DNA of 63,950 nucleotides, filler included, from Reclinomonas americana ATCC 50394 (GCA_048213135.1; 11 parts of 11 records of this genome joined end to end with filler, not necessarily neighbours in it), one strand, 5' to 3'. Shown: positions 1-14,200, numbered from the whole stretch's first letter. Notes: generated by a model not told the origin, from the sequence alone. Numbers and translations are program-made.

Positions 1-520
1 TGTGGTGTGCTCATGTGATACGCTTCTCTCGTTGCTTCAGCGTGGACTGCAAATCAAGTTCCGCACTGGCATCAACACGGGTCCGGTGACCTCGGGAATT
101 GTGGCGGGCCTCATTCGGACGTTTGATTTGTATGGAGGTGCGTGGCGGTGGATCGGGCCAACCTGTGCGCCAGCTTTGCTCATCTCCTGCGCAGACTCGG
201 TGAATGTGGCATCGCGAATGGAGAGCTCGGCGCCGTTTGGTCGCGTCCAGCTGAGTGAGGTGAGGAAGAGGGAGAGGGAGAGAAGCACATCGATGCATTG
301 TTGATATTGGAGTGATGCTGAACGTCGTCGATGCACAGTCAACGAACCGCAAAACGCGCGGCTTGTTTGATCTGGAGACGACCAGCGTGGAGAGTTGCGT
401 GCGATTCCAGTCAACAGCTGTGTTGCATCTCACTCACGCGACTCACACGATACCTGTGGCACATGTACAGTCAAGGGAATCGGATATGTGACGACGTTCT
501 TGGTGGTGCCGCAGGAATAG
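1..520 (+). CDS. Class III nucleotide cyclase (probably adenylate cyclase), 3' part, spliced
   Basis: Removing GT-AG introns (138-194, 260-338, 394-470) gives RTGINTGPVTSGIV..FDLYGDSVNVASRMESS..RVQLSE..EIKGIGYVTTFLV, the cyclase catalytic C-terminus; TAG at 518-520; 5' end lies outside the window. Confidence 0.85.
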
Positions 521-660
521 CTGTGTGTGACGTAATAATCCACATGCAGCGAGCGGTGTGTTTGGTAGAAAAAGGAAAAAGAATGTACACACAAATAATG
601 GTCGAAGAAAGAGCCATGCGACGTCGGATCTTGTCCCCCCCACTTTCCACTCGTCGGTGA

Positions 661-2392
661 ATGGCGCGAGGCGCCCTGGTGCTCCTGCCCCTGCTGCTGC
701 TGCTGCTGCTTCTGCTTCTGTTAGTGTGCATAAGCAGCACACAAGCACGGCAGCAGCAGCGTCGGCGACAGAAGGAAGCTGCTGCTGCGCCACCGAGTGC
801 AGAGGACAGTGAGGAGTTGGCTGAGGAGGGGGAACAGGAGGCGGAGGAAGGCGACGCAGAGACTGGCGAGTACGATGATGATGCAGATGCGAGTGCAGAA
901 GAGGAGCCGCCTGCACGGAGACGAGGCGCACGACCAGCAAAGACAGTGACGAAAGCGACGCGTGCCACGCGTCGCGAGAAGAAGGCAGCGGGGAAGGCGA
1001 AGAAGAGTGGCAGCAAGAAGTTGTCTCCTCCTCCGCCTCCTCCACCACGTGCGCCACGCAAGTCAAGTCCAGCAGAGAGCACAGAGGACGAAGAGAGGAA
1101 ACCAAGTGCCTCTTCTTCTTCCGCTTCTTCCGCGTTGCCATTGTGGATGCGACCGGCTGAGCCGCTGCATTTGCCCGACGCACACAAGCTGCCTTCGAAG
1201 CGCACAGTGGCAGAGGTGACGTGAACGCTCTCCTTCTTCCCCATCGTCACCTCTCCTCTCCTCTCACATGCGTTTCGCAGAATCGAGAGCACATCAAGTA
1301 TCTCTGTTCCAAGTTCCTGGCGGGACCGCGGCCAGTGGCCGGCTATCAGCTGTGGGAGAGCGGGTTCTCTGAGTTTGGGCAGGATCGCTACGTGAGTGAT
1401 CTGTATGGCCGTTCGCGCGAGGGCACGAACCACTCGGTGGTGCGGTCGCGACTGTTTGAGCACCTGCGACCGGAGATGCAGGAGCGCTTGCGTGGAACGG
1501 GCGCGAAGCGCGTGAAGCGTCGCTTTGCCGGCTTCTTCCTCGATGTTGCGCGTCTTTTCGGGATGCCATGGCCCTCTCCCTCCTCTATTGTTGCTGATTC
1601 ATTTATTCATGCAGGTGGGTGCTGGCGACGGAGAGATGAACTCGAACACGTGGCTCCTCGAGCACTGCCTCGGCTGGACGGGACTTGCACTGGAGCCGGT
1701 GGCGTCCAAGTTCTCGGCGCTGTGCCAGTGGCGCCCTCACTCGGTGCACTATCAGGCGGCGGCCTCGAACCGAGCCGAGGCCGAGTGCAAATACAGTTGC
1801 GCCGTGTGTGTCACTCTCGTGCTCGTGCTCTTCTGCGCATCTTACCCCCTCGGACACGCAGTTGAGAACGCACCGATGCGCTTTTCGGGGTTGCTTGATG
1901 TGGCGCCCAAGGGAGTCGACCGCACGCCCACGAGCACTTTCACGGTCCCGTGTGTGCGGCTCGATGATTTGCTGGACTATCACGGCATACATCAGGTGGA
2001 CTACCTCAGCGTTTATGCCGGTGAGAGAGAAGAAGGGGGCAGGGATGGGGAGAAGGAGCGGAAGGGGGAGAAGGGGAGAGAGAAAGGAGAGAAGAGATAA
2101 GAGAGGGGGGAAGAGCGGAGAGAGGGAGAGAGGAAGACGAGAGAGTCAAAAAGCCCGAACAGGGAGAAGAGGTCCGCGATACTCACTTGCGCAATTTGCA
2201 GAGGGCGGAGAACTGGAAGTACTTCAAGGTCTCGATTTCGCCAAGAACCACGTGGAGGTCATCTCGCTGCGACAACACGCACGCCACACCGACATTGACA
2301 CACTGTTGCGCCAGCACAATTACACGTTCGCCACCAAGGTCGGCGACGAAATGTTTTACGTACACAATGACTTTGAGCAGGAGGGCGAGTGA
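661..2392 (+). CDS. FkbM/Methyltransf_21-family methyltransferase with signal peptide or anchor, spliced
   Basis: Poly-Leu N-terminus and low-complexity stalk, then SEFGQDRY, FFLD|VGAGDGEMNSNTWLLE..GWTGLALEP, VRLDDLL..VDYLSVYA|EGGELEVLQGLDF; introns include 1216-1280 and 1545-1614. Confidence 0.75.
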
Positions 2393-2597
2393 ACGCGAAC
2401 AAGATGTAGGAGGCAGATTACCCATCAGGATCGCTGCTTTACGGGACAGGGATATAACAACTGCAGCGACGACGGTTCGTTCGCCAGCACAATCACAAGT
2501 CCTGAAGGTAGCAGAGTTGTGACACGGGTGCAACGGTGAAGGGCAGAGGATCACTTGGTGTGCATCGTACAGCGGCGCGCGCGGCGAACAGGGCACA

Positions 2598-2688
2598 AAC
2601 AACAGCAATTCGTTCACCTACAACAAGCAACAGCTGTCTTGATAACCAAGTTCAACCACAAGACATCAACACAGACACCAGTCTTGAG
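2598..2688. repeat. Dispersed ~90-bp intergenic element, copy 1
   Basis: Closely similar to 26542-26637 (core caagcaacagctgtcttgat(a/g)accaagttcaacc...acatcaacacagac(a/g)ccagtcttgag). Confidence 0.85.
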
Positions 2689-2829
2689 GCCATACCGACT
2701 TGCCGAATTCGATTCTTCGGATCCTCATTGATAGCGAGCGTACTGGTGCTTGTTGTAATGCGAGGAAACAGAGCAGCCTTCTGACAGGAGCACCAAAGAC
2801 CAAAGTGTCCGATTTGGCGGGAAGCGCGA

Positions 2830-5800
2830 ATGACTGTCACCACGTGCTCGCGGGTTGTTGAGAGTGTCTGTCGCGGTCACGACGACGACACGCTCACTAT
2901 GTTTCGTCACGATGACTACGGTGACGACGAGTCTGCGTTTATGGGTGGAGTGGTGATTGAGCAAGCACCCTCATTATCGTCGACTGTGCGTGTGCGACGC
3001 GCTGACTTTGACGACGACGATGATGATGATGAGCAAGGTCACATTGTTGAAGACGATGGTGATAGTGATGAAGAGGAGGAGGAGGAGAGAGAAGAGGGAC
3101 GCCGAGCCATGTTCGATGGCTTGTCGTTGACATCGAGTGTGTCGTTGGACTATCAAAAGGTTCTTTCCACTCGCTCGCGCTCACTCACTTCCTTCACTCG
3201 CTTGCTCACGTGCTCGTTTGTGTGTGTGTGCGTGCTCCACGTTGGCAGGAGTTTGAAGAGGGCATTGCTGAGCAGCTGCGCGGTGTGTTGAAGGCGGTGG
3301 ATAATCAGTTGTATGCGGGTGCGGTGGTGTTTGATTCTATTCCTCCATGAGGTCAAGCGCTCATCTCTCTCTCTCCCTGTGTGCGTGTGTGCGCGCGCGT
3401 AGATGGCACCTCATTGTCGTCGTCGTCGTCGTCGGCATCGCGAGCTGTCGACAATCGCATCACGTTCTGCTCGTTGGACGACATTGTGCAGTACTGTGAG
3501 CCGTGGAGGGAGGCCTATGCGTACTTTCGGTGCGCGCGCGCGCGCTTCTGTGGCGTTGGTGTCTCCTTTTCTCCATCGTATTCACCCTTGCCATTGTTGT
3601 AGCGTTCGTGGCGTGGCACCTCCGTCGGTTGCTGCCTCTGCGCCGCCGGCGGTCGTCGCTCGTCCTTCGATCGGTGGTGACGCGTCGTTTGGCTCGATGG
3701 GTCGCACGCCGGCGCCATCGATGCTGCCACCGCACGCGTCGCGACAGCTGAGCGTGGGCGATCTGGAGGCCTTGGCAGTGGCCGGCAGCGGTGTTCGTGC
3801 TGTCACCACGCCCGCCTCGTTGCTGTCGTTGCGTCTCCACGTTGTTGTCATCCCTAGTTCTTCTAGCCGCCGCTCACTGCGTGCGCGTACAGGGAGGACG
3901 ATTGCGCGCCTGGCGTGGAGGAGATTATCGAGTCGCACGGTTACTACGAGGAGTGGTTTGCTCGCGACAGTGCCCTCGATGACATTGACGAGTCGTGGCT
4001 GCTGCCGTCGACCCAGCACTCGCTGCATCCACGTAGCGCCCGTGCGCATACTCTCTCGGGCCCATCCTCTCGTGCCCCGAGTCGCACCGCACGCCAGGCA
4101 CCTTCGTCCAACATCTCCGCCGCTGCGACGAATGCCACCGCGACAGCGGCTGCTGCTGCATCGTCGCACGCACGGCGAGACGCGGCCAATGTGCGCGCGC
4201 GCTTTCTGCATCAGCATTTCCACGCTCGGTACGGGTTTCCGCTACTCGAGCACCTGTCGGCGTCAGTGGGAGCGAACAGCGGCGAAGGCGCGGGCAACAG
4301 CCACGCCCCGAATAGTGGTGTCGGACCACCGTCGTCCAGGGGTCGCACTTCGTCTTCTTCTGTCGCTCGTCATGCGTCCTCCCGGGTGCCACCCTCGCCG
4401 ACCAGCCGCAGCACGGCAGGACGGCGGAGTCAAGGTGGGCAGTATGCGTCGTCGCTTGCGCCGTCGCGCAGTCGACCGGTGGGACCAGTGCTGGCGTGGG
4501 ATTTGCCGTCGGTGTTGCTTGCCGCGTCAACAGCTTCATCATCTTCGTCATCATCATCATCAACAACTACAACAACAACAATTGCAAATGACACTGCCAG
4601 TCGACCAGTGGCTGCTAGCTCGGCCACCTCCACAGTCCCTTGGCACTGTGATCCGCACAATCGCTACGGCGTGGTGGCTGTGGCCACTCGATCCACTCGC
4701 AGTGGGATGATTAGCTCCACGCGTCGAGTATCGGCATCGGTGTCGATGTTGCGGCGGTCGGCCAAGCGTAACGAGGCAGCGGAGAGTGCAGGACTTGGCG
4801 GCGGCGGCGGTGGCTTTGTGCGGTCGTCTCGCATGTCGATGCGTTCAAGTGCAAGTGGTGTCGGTACTGTGGCGGTTGTGTTTCTCGAACTGCGTTTGTG
4901 TGCTTCGCGTGTGTTCATGTGCGTCTCGGTCTGTGCAGGCTTGACTGCTGGCTCTCGCCTCGTTTCAGCGGTGCGTTTACCCACGCATGACTTGACTTCA
5001 GCTTCTTTCATCTTACCTCAGCTCTTTCTCGGTGCACAGCAACAACCGCCATGGGAGGCATCTGCTCTGGCCGACCCGGCAGTGCACGAACGGAATCGCC
5101 GGCGTCGTGGACTGCCTCCCCTCAATCCGCAGGCCGCCGTCAAGGTGTGACGACAGTTCCGTGTTTTTGCTGCTCGGCAGCTACTCAATCCCAATATCGA
5201 TGCGCAGGAGGCCATCCAGTGGGATCTCTTGCGTGGAGTGTGGCAAGTGGTTGCGCACACGCTGGCACCACTGGTCGAAGCTTCGCTCCTTCCCAACGCA
5301 CCCGAAATCGTGGATGGTGAGTACTGACGATGCTCAATTCGCTGGCCACGTGTATGTCGCTGACAGCGCTGCTCCCAACCACACAGCTCATACGCTGTCG
5401 GCGTCACCTCTCGGTCCCAAGTGCGTACTCTTGAGCACCCACGCCAACGCTTTTTGCATCGTCGCGCTCACCGCAGCCATTCTCTCTGGTGCCACAGTGC
5501 CCTCGTCTCAGTGCCCGGTGCCTCGGATAACTCGCCTGCGCTTTCAGTACCTCACGGCCGCGCAGGCCGGGGAGCGACGGGTCCGTACGGCTCCACAGTT
5601 TCGGTGGTTGGTGTCGGCGCTCAGCGGCAAGCAGCAAGCGCTGCTCCCGTGGCTGCCGCCGCACGCTCGGCCAAGCAGATTGTTCTCTCACCACAGTTGT
5701 GTGCACGCACACCCACCATGCTTTTCCGTGCCTTACTCTCTTTCTTAGATTGGTGGATGTGGACTCGACGACGCACGTGCGATTGCGCGGAGAACAGCGT

Positions 5801-8043
5801 GCGGCCGGTGGAGGTGCTGGCGACTGGTCGCGGCCGCACGCCTCTCAAGCGCCGTCTCCGCGCAAGAGTAATCGGGCGCACGGTCCATCGGCGACTCTCG
5901 ATCTGTCGGCCTCGCTGACAGTGTCGACTGCGTCGCCGATTCTGCGCCGACAAATGAGCATGCCTGCACAAGGTAGAGTTGCATGGCGCGCTCCGTCTTC
6001 AGCTGCGCCCTGGCGACTCACACTCACTCCTTCGTGCGCAGCCTCCGGATTCTCGACGAATGGCGCCGGCGCCCGTGCAGGTGGCTCCAGCGCCAGTTCC
6101 AATCGCAGCGTGCGCAATCTCGGTACACTTGGGGCGATTGCATCCGGTCTCTCCATCACATCGCCGTCGCCCGGCCCACTGCACGACATGGCGCCGCTGC
6201 CCATCTCCATTACACCACTTGCGTCGTCGTCGCCGCAGTATCCGCGCATGAATCGGAGTGCGGTGCCGACGAGGGATGGCGGTGACGAGCGCCCGCCTCT
6301 GTTCCCTCCGATCAATCGAGGCAGTGCGGCATCGTCTCAGCAACCTACGTATCGTCCGTCGGTCTCCGCGCAATCGGGCGACGTCATGCTCTATCGCGCC
6401 ACCGCTGCCTCATCGTGGGGAGTGTCGGATCCGGTGCTGGCTGGCGCTCGTCGTGGGAGCATTGATATTGCTGCGCTTGCCACGTCTGTCATGTCGCCGA
6501 CCTCGCGAAATGGCACGGCAGGCTCGCGTCTACCGCGGCTTTCCACGACAGGCTATGGCCGTGCTGGTGTTCCGAGTCTTCCGTCGCCGCGCAATGCACC
6601 CAAGCAGCAGCGGGCGTTGCATGGTGACGGATCCCCGCCGCAGCTGCAACCGTACTACGCCCGCAACGGCGCCAAGTTGCACGACTCATCTCCGTCGCCG
6701 TTGCGTACTCGTCCCCCTCTGTGAACACAACAATGATGATGATGTCGATGGCTCACACACGCAACACAGACCACTTGGTCGTCGCAATCACGGTGCGCCT
6801 CTGCAGCAGCTGCAGCAACAGCAGCCGCAACAGCAGGCGCAGCTTCCGCTGCAACAGCAACAGCAGGCGCAACAACCGCAACAACAGCAGCAACGTGGGG
6901 CGTCGAATCGACCACAATTCGAAATGTCGGCGCACGGCGGCAGTCACACAGTCACCGTTCACAGCACCGCCGACGGCACGAGTGCTAGTGGCAGTCGCCG
7001 CGGAAGTGCTCCCTCGAAGAAGCCTTCACGCGTTCCCGCCACTGCAGGCCAGCCGCGCATGCATCGCGTGGTGACTGACGCGTTTGAGAAGCCGCACCCT
7101 GTGATGAAGGGCCGCCGGAACGACCACCTGGCATCTCGGTGATTATCCCCGCACCCTTTGAGAGTTGTTTGAGGTGCGCGCTGACACCGGAAGGGTTGTA
7201 TTCCAATTGTGTAGTGCTGGAGAGAAACCGCCACTGATTGAGCGGTTGGGAACGCCGCCGACAAGCAGTCAGCTCGGTGTGTAGCTCCACTGCGACAGCT
7301 TGTTTCACCCTTTCAATTTTTTGTCCTTTCCGTTGACCCATGTTTGGCGGCTGCACAGAGCGCGCACAGACAGCCGATCCGTCCATGCTCTCGGCGCAGC
7401 GGCGCGCCCATGTGGACGACTTGGTGTCTGCACCACATCATGTCTCGCGTTTCGCCGACCTCAGTCCGCGACTCGTCCATCCAGGCGTACAGTCGCTGTG
7501 GGTGGCCGACAAGCGCCCAAATTCTTCTGCGGCCTCCGGAGTCGGCGGAGCACCGGGTGCATCCACGACTGCCAATGTCAGACCGGCACGTGGTTTCGCC
7601 CAGCAGCTTCTCTCCATATCGTCGAGCCTGGCCGGTGAGCAACGCAGTGGCGGCAGCGCCGGCGTGGCAAACGTGGTGGCGGCCGTCTTGTCGGGGGACG
7701 AGTGGGCGTCGGTGGCTCCGCGGCGACATCCTCGTGCTGGAGGGTGTGTTTTGCGCCCTGCGCAACGCGTTTTCGTTCCACAGTCTAACATTGCTTCTCG
7801 TGTGACAGCACGACGGCCGCAAGTGGTGCCGTCACACCACCGTTGCTTGCGGGTGACAGGTCCCTGAGTCCGCCGATATCTCCTCGCCGCCGCCAGCTTC
7901 GCCACGGGTACGGCATATGATTGCGCATTCTTCTCTCTCTCCTTCTTATGCGAGTCATCCTGTCTGACTGCTGCAATTCGCGTAGACGCACCACGGCGCC
8001 CATATCTCCTCGAGTGATTGCGGAAGAAGATGTTGCGTTCTGA
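2830..8043 (+). CDS. FAM149/DUF3719-like protein, multi-exon, mostly low-complexity
   Basis: Blocks CEPWREAYAYFR|VRG, EEIIESHGYYEEWFARD and RRGLPPLNP..EAIQWDLLRGVWQVV resemble FAM149 motifs in order; phase-consistent 3' exons lead to TGA at 8041-8043; start may be ATG 2830 or 2899. Confidence 0.55.
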
Positions 8044-8261
8044 AGACCGTGTCTGTTCCATCGATATGGATAGCGTCTAACTGCTCATCGTCGCAGAGGT
8101 TGCGCAAGGCGGCGGCGGCTGACGCGCTGCAGGATCTGTTTGCCAAGGGCCATGCTTTGCAGTGAACATTATAATAATCGTGTGCCAACAACACTGGAGA
8201 TTAGTAGTCTATAGTCTTCATCATCTAATTGCCATTCGATTATTCAACTCGCAACAACGTA

Positions 8262-11200
8262 CTAGCAGTAATAGGAGGGTGCCAGCATGAGCTCGGTGAG
8301 CGTGTCCAGCTGCTCCTCGGAAAAGAGTGCCTTGTCACGCGCCCACGTGTCTCGGTGATCCTCCCAGAAGTCATTAAGAATTTTACGGACAGCCTCCTGC
8401 ACGCAGTGGTCGGTGATTGCCCGTGCACTCCACACACACACACACACACACACACCCCTGCACGTAGGAGCACACTCACCGCGACCGGCGACGGGTCGTT
8501 GACATGGCGGGCGATCTTGACCATGATGACCGGAATGTGCGGGCGGACCTCGTGAGGCGACGCCATGACAATGGCGGCAAGGCCAAGAATGCCGCTGTGT
8601 CGACGCAGCGCCAAGGATCGAACTGGGAGAACGTAGTAGTAGTGAGCAGCGCAAAAAATGTAGGACGCGATCGTGTGAAAGGGCACACAACTGTCCGGGT
8701 GTGCCATGTCAAATCGTTTGCCCTTCTTTGGCAGCGGTGTCTCTGCCAGGCCATCGAATCGCCGCTGCGCCGTCGCATGTCCTCAGTGAGAACCGCGCAC
8801 AAGGCAGGTGGGGAGAACGGGCGCAAAACGCAACAATCAGTTCAGCGAGCCGGCCTTCGGCTTCCAACGCCGGTACGAAGGTGGAGAGGGTGGTCGCAGC
8901 CGCCTCACGGACCTCCAACGTCTCGTCGGACAAGGCGGCCAGCATGGTCTCCACAAACTGGCCCCAAGATTCCGCCGTCAACATGTACCGATTCATGAAC
9001 ACGAACGGCCTGCGGCACGGTGAGGAACACAGTACCAGATGGGAGAGCGTGAAAGAGACATGCATGAGTGTCGCAACTTGAGGAAACACAGCAGCGATCC
9101 GCGCAGCAACCAGCTGTGGTCCGAGGCGCGTACCACCAACAGTTCGTGCACAAAGCGGATGAGGAAGTCGGTGTGATTCGCAGCAGTGAACGGTCCGTTT
9201 CCAAACACCGTCCCCGGTGTCGGCGGTTCACGTGCGCCGACGTACAGAGCGTGTGCGAGGCCGCCAAGAACCTCGTTGAGTGCCTCTTGAATATACTGTG
9301 TGCCGTCAAGGGAAGAATAAAATGAGCGTGCGTCAGCCATTGTTCCCCTCTGCTCGCCCACCAACACCAACCTCATCCTGCGTCACCGACGCCTTGACAA
9401 TGTGCGGCAACAGCGGCTGAATGTACACCAGCAGAGCCGGCAAACGGGCCGATCGGGAGCACTCGCGAACGCATTCCACGGCTGTCTTCAGGGAGGTGCG
9501 ACTATAAAGTCAAGGAGCACAGCAAAACACACACACATAGAAGCAACAACACATGCATCGGCATGAAGGATATTTGAGGAGATTCAACTTGCGGCGCGTC
9601 TCGACCGACATCGACCCCATGGCAGTCAGCGTGCTGACCATGGCCGCCACCTCGTCCGCGTCTCGATCCTCCGTCACCGGCACCAGCGCCTTCTTCTTGG
9701 CTCCCATCACAGGCTTGGACGACGGAGTCCCACTCGGGCCGGCAGCGCCGTCCTCTTCGCCCGCCATCATTCCCTCGACGGCGGCCATCATGGCTGCCAC
9801 GGCCGCAGCATCACCCTCCCCATCGCCCATGTCGTCGTCGTCGCCATTTTCGCCATCGCTGTTTCCCATTTCCACTTCTTGGTCGTCCTCCAGCGGTGAC
9901 TCCATTTCCTCTTCCGCCTCCTCTTCGCGAGAGCGACTGCTCTCCGCGTACGGTGGCGATCGCGAGCGCGGCCGCGAGAATCCCGGACTCATCAAGTCGA
10001 CACTGGGTGTGAATGGGCTCGAGAGTACTTCTGGTGTGAATGGGTACGGATCGACGGGCGTGAAGTCGCCGCCATCACTGGCCGATCCGGTGCTCACGGC
10101 CGCCGGCGATGGCGCCGACAGCAAAAGTCGCGGGGGCGGAGCGGCGGCACCCGTTGGCTGACGTGGAGCACGTCCCGAGAAGACACCTGTCGTTGCCGAC
10201 GATGCGGCAGCAGCTGCCGCGGCAGCAGCAGCAGCAGCACCAGTCGTTGCCGACGGAGCGGCTTTCTCGCGCTGCAAGTGCAACGACTTTTCCAGCTCCA
10301 CTGCCTCCACCACGTCGAGTGTGGCCAGCTCGGCGGCCCACGTGTCGAAGAACGCCATCATGCTGCAAGGGAGGCCATCAAGGTAAGCGGGCGAACGGAA
10401 ATAACATGAGCGGAAGACAAGCCAAAATTCACTCACCGCTGATCCACATGACTGCCGGAGGCAGTGGTGGCCGACACGCGGAAACCCTCCGGTGTCGAGA
10501 TCAACGCCGGTCGCCACACGTGCTCGATCATCTATAGCGGCAAACAGGGTTGTGAGACAGAGAGGAAGCAGAGGCAGCGAGGGCATGCTGGAGAAGAACA
10601 ACGCACAAGACTCAGCAGCGAGCCGAGCTGCCGGCGCACTTGGTAGGAGCCTGACTCGCAGAAGCCCTTGATCTTGTCCAACACTCGGTCTGCGTGCGTG
10701 CGAGGCAGATGATAAGCACCAGTTTGTCACCGGCTGCCGTCGCGCAAATCGTCGACGCAACAGTTGAGATGCGGCACACGCCACGAAAGCTCGATCAGCA
10801 GCGACAGCAAATACTGGATCTGGCGCAAGTGTACGGATGATGGAACTTGAGCGTTCGAGTTGAGGTCATCGAGAACGAGGTCTGCGTTGGAAAGCACGTG
10901 TAGCGTGCGTCAATAAAACTATGTGGAGGCGTGACAGATAACAATTCGCAAAAGAAAAAACACGCACCGACGAGCCACCCGAGGCGACGCGGATCCTGTG
11001 ATTGCAAATTCAGCAAGTTGGTCAAGAAACGAATCAGGATCGAGGCGAGAACACGACAGCACCTTGTCGTACGACGAGTTGATCAGGCACTCGGTCCAGT
11101 CGCGCGCGCACTGCAGTGAGCTGTGCTGCAGGCCGTAGCGCAGTACGCTGCCGACTTCTGTCCACTGCGTAACACATATACGAATCAGACACACGAAGCC

Positions 11201-14200
11201 GGCGATCATGCTTGCAGCAAGACCACAGCAAACTCACCAGGCGCTGCTGCTCCGCAAACAACCAATGCTTCGAGCCACGAATCAAGCCCGTGATAATCTC
11301 AGCCATTGTGCGCATGCTGGTACGCTCCTCCGGGACGGTCTTGCCGGCAACCTTGCACAGGTCTTCGACAATCGGCTACGCACAACAACAACACATCAGC
11401 AGCGGCCAGTGAGTATGGAAATGGTTCAAATGACAAGCGCAACTTTGAGCAGATCCCACAGCGGCATCCCAATCAACTGCGTCCATCCTTTCCACTGCAG
11501 ACAGAGTCAGCACAGAGCATCTATCACCGCATTCAGTTGACAGCACGCAACGACTTCCACATTGGTGGAGTTGAATTCCTCGCCCTGATACGCATTCCAC
11601 AGCGCGTTGGTGATCACTGAAAAGACACCAATGCAACAAAAAACACGCGCACACACCTCGTTCGTCACTTCCACCATGCACACGTCAATAAAGTCACGCA
11701 GCCAAAACGCAGTTTCCTTGCCAGCCGGGTGACTTTGGAACAGGGCAAGCAGGGCGGTGGCCACTTCCTCATTCCGGTACACCGTCACACTGTCTGCGTA
11801 GCTGTAGCCTCGCGTGGGACCCTTTGGATACGCATAAAACCCAAATGAATCTGACAAATCGACCGTGAGAAGTGAATGGAAACAAGGTGGAAGGCAAGTG
11901 AGACGCAACTGCGTTCAACAAAGAGGCATGATCGCCACTCGGCCTCGGTATGCGGTCGCTGCTCAGAAATCTCAGCGTGCACCAAACCCGACGGTCGATG
12001 GACGCTCTCGTCCGCCCTGAGCGACGCGGGGTGAGTGGCCAATTGAACACAGTCGCGCTGCGCCATGGTTCGACAAACACACCAATCCTTCATGTGCTTT
12101 GGTGAGAGTGGTTTGAACACGTACAACAGTTGACCCATCACCGAACGCCTGCATTCGACACACTCCACGTAAGTCACCCATGCCGCCACACATCGATACC
12201 TTCACGTGCTGACGCAACGCTTGGTCGCGAATCTCAAGCACGTCCGACGTCAACTGGCGGGTGATGAACAGCAGCAAGTCGGATGGTGGCGGCACGTCGA
12301 GTCGAATGAGCGACGACATGATCACCAACAGCGTCAGCTGAATACGCCAGTTGTCAAGCGGAATGCTGTTCGGCGGTTGAGCAACAGATATGTCAAGAGC
12401 ACGAAAGCGGTGTGGGCGTGGAAACGCAACCGGCCAGCTGCATAGTTTTCCACAAAGCGTTGGTAGTGGTGCATGAGGACATGGTCGGACGACGAATTCG
12501 GCGGCACCAGACGGCGGCCAGGAGGACCCGGCTCCGTCACCGCCAACCAAAAGCGAATGAGCTCGTGGATTTTGAGAATGGCAGCGTCATCTGTACGCAT
12601 GCATAGTATAAGTGTCAGTCCGATGAGCGGAGAATCAGCATCGACACAGCGCGACGTGAACACAACGTTGCGTGGTGGTGAGTGCGGCACCACCGCACAG
12701 TCGCTCAAACCCAACACACGACAGCGTCAACTCATCCACCGAGTGCACCGACACCCACTCGCTCAACGAATACAGCATCTGTCGGATTGATGGCTGTGCG
12801 CGAAGCGAGTATCAGGGTGAGCCACCAGCAGTAATGTTACACACCCTATCTTCAACCCAACCTTCTCAATGTGAGTGGTCGCCACGAGCGCCAGTGCCAA
12901 GTACTGAAACAGGTTCCAGTCGTCAAAGATACCAAACACAGAGCGAGCCACCACGTACAGGGCGCCCTTCAGCCGCGCCTCCGAGGCATCTAATTGGAGG
13001 AGGCATGGAGAGATGAGTCGGCCGCTCGTGGAAAATTGTCAACGACAGGCAGACGCACCGCGGTCGAGCAGCACGGCAAGGAACTTGCGCAGGCATTGTT
13101 GGCCACGCTCGCGCGAGAGCAGGGATGAGACATTGCCGAGAATATCTTGCGCACAACTGAGCACACACAAGTGATGAGAGGCAAGGGCGTTTCGTGAAAA
13201 AGTCGACCAGCACCACGCAACATGCGAACGACGGCAAAGTCGTGGAGAGCCAACTCGACGGTGTCGTTCAGCAGGCTCTCGGCAGAGGCCCACAACTGTT
13301 GCGTAGGCCGCCTCGCAGCAGCAGTGATACGCGAGACGTGCAAGACGTGGCAGCGGTCGACTGCAGCAGAGAGTTAATGGCAATCGAAGAGCTCGCAAGA
13401 ATCGTGGGCGACAGCGAAACTGGCGTCGGCACGGGAGAACTCGTGGCGCGGGTGATACGCGTCATAGTACAGCTGCTTGGACTGCTCGCTGGCATTCGTC
13501 ACATCCACATGCGTCGGCAGTGGGCGATGCACCAGAATGGCACCAATGAGCTGGGATGCACAGGTCAATATTTTAGAGGAAGAGGGCGGGCATGTCAACG
13601 CGCTCACCTTTGACACAGAGGTCCAGAGTTTGGGGAAATCGTGCAAGCGCGAGGAAAGCTCAACGCACACTCGGTGCACGGCAGCCGCCACCCGCGAACG
13701 CAGACTTGCAGCCACATCTGTGTTGCGCGAGGAGAGGATGAGACTCTGACACGGAGCGGCCGCACGAAGCACATACCATGCAGAGCCGGGTTGTGTTCTC
13801 GCAGGGAGACAGAAGACGTCGAAGTGATCATGGGCAACAGCGCTTGACTGCATAAACATGAGAACGCCGCGTCAGTCACACGAACAAACACACAGTCGCC
13901 ACAAACGACAAACGCAACGATGTCAAGTCGCGCTCCTCCTCCTCGGTTTCCACCGAGAGCAATTCGTCGGCATTGAATTCGGGGCTGAGCAAGCCCGGAA
14001 GCACGACGCTGGATCCACGAATCACCTCCCGCATCACCACCAGCGAGTGAATCAGAGTTGTAACTAGATCGCTATCAGCACAGAACGCACAAAAAGGGTG
14101 ATGAGACATCAGCAGTGCCGTCGCCTTCCTGTCAAACTCCAGCGTGCATACGTACCTAATGGGTACACGCCGTGGGGACGCGGACACCGCAGGCGAAACC

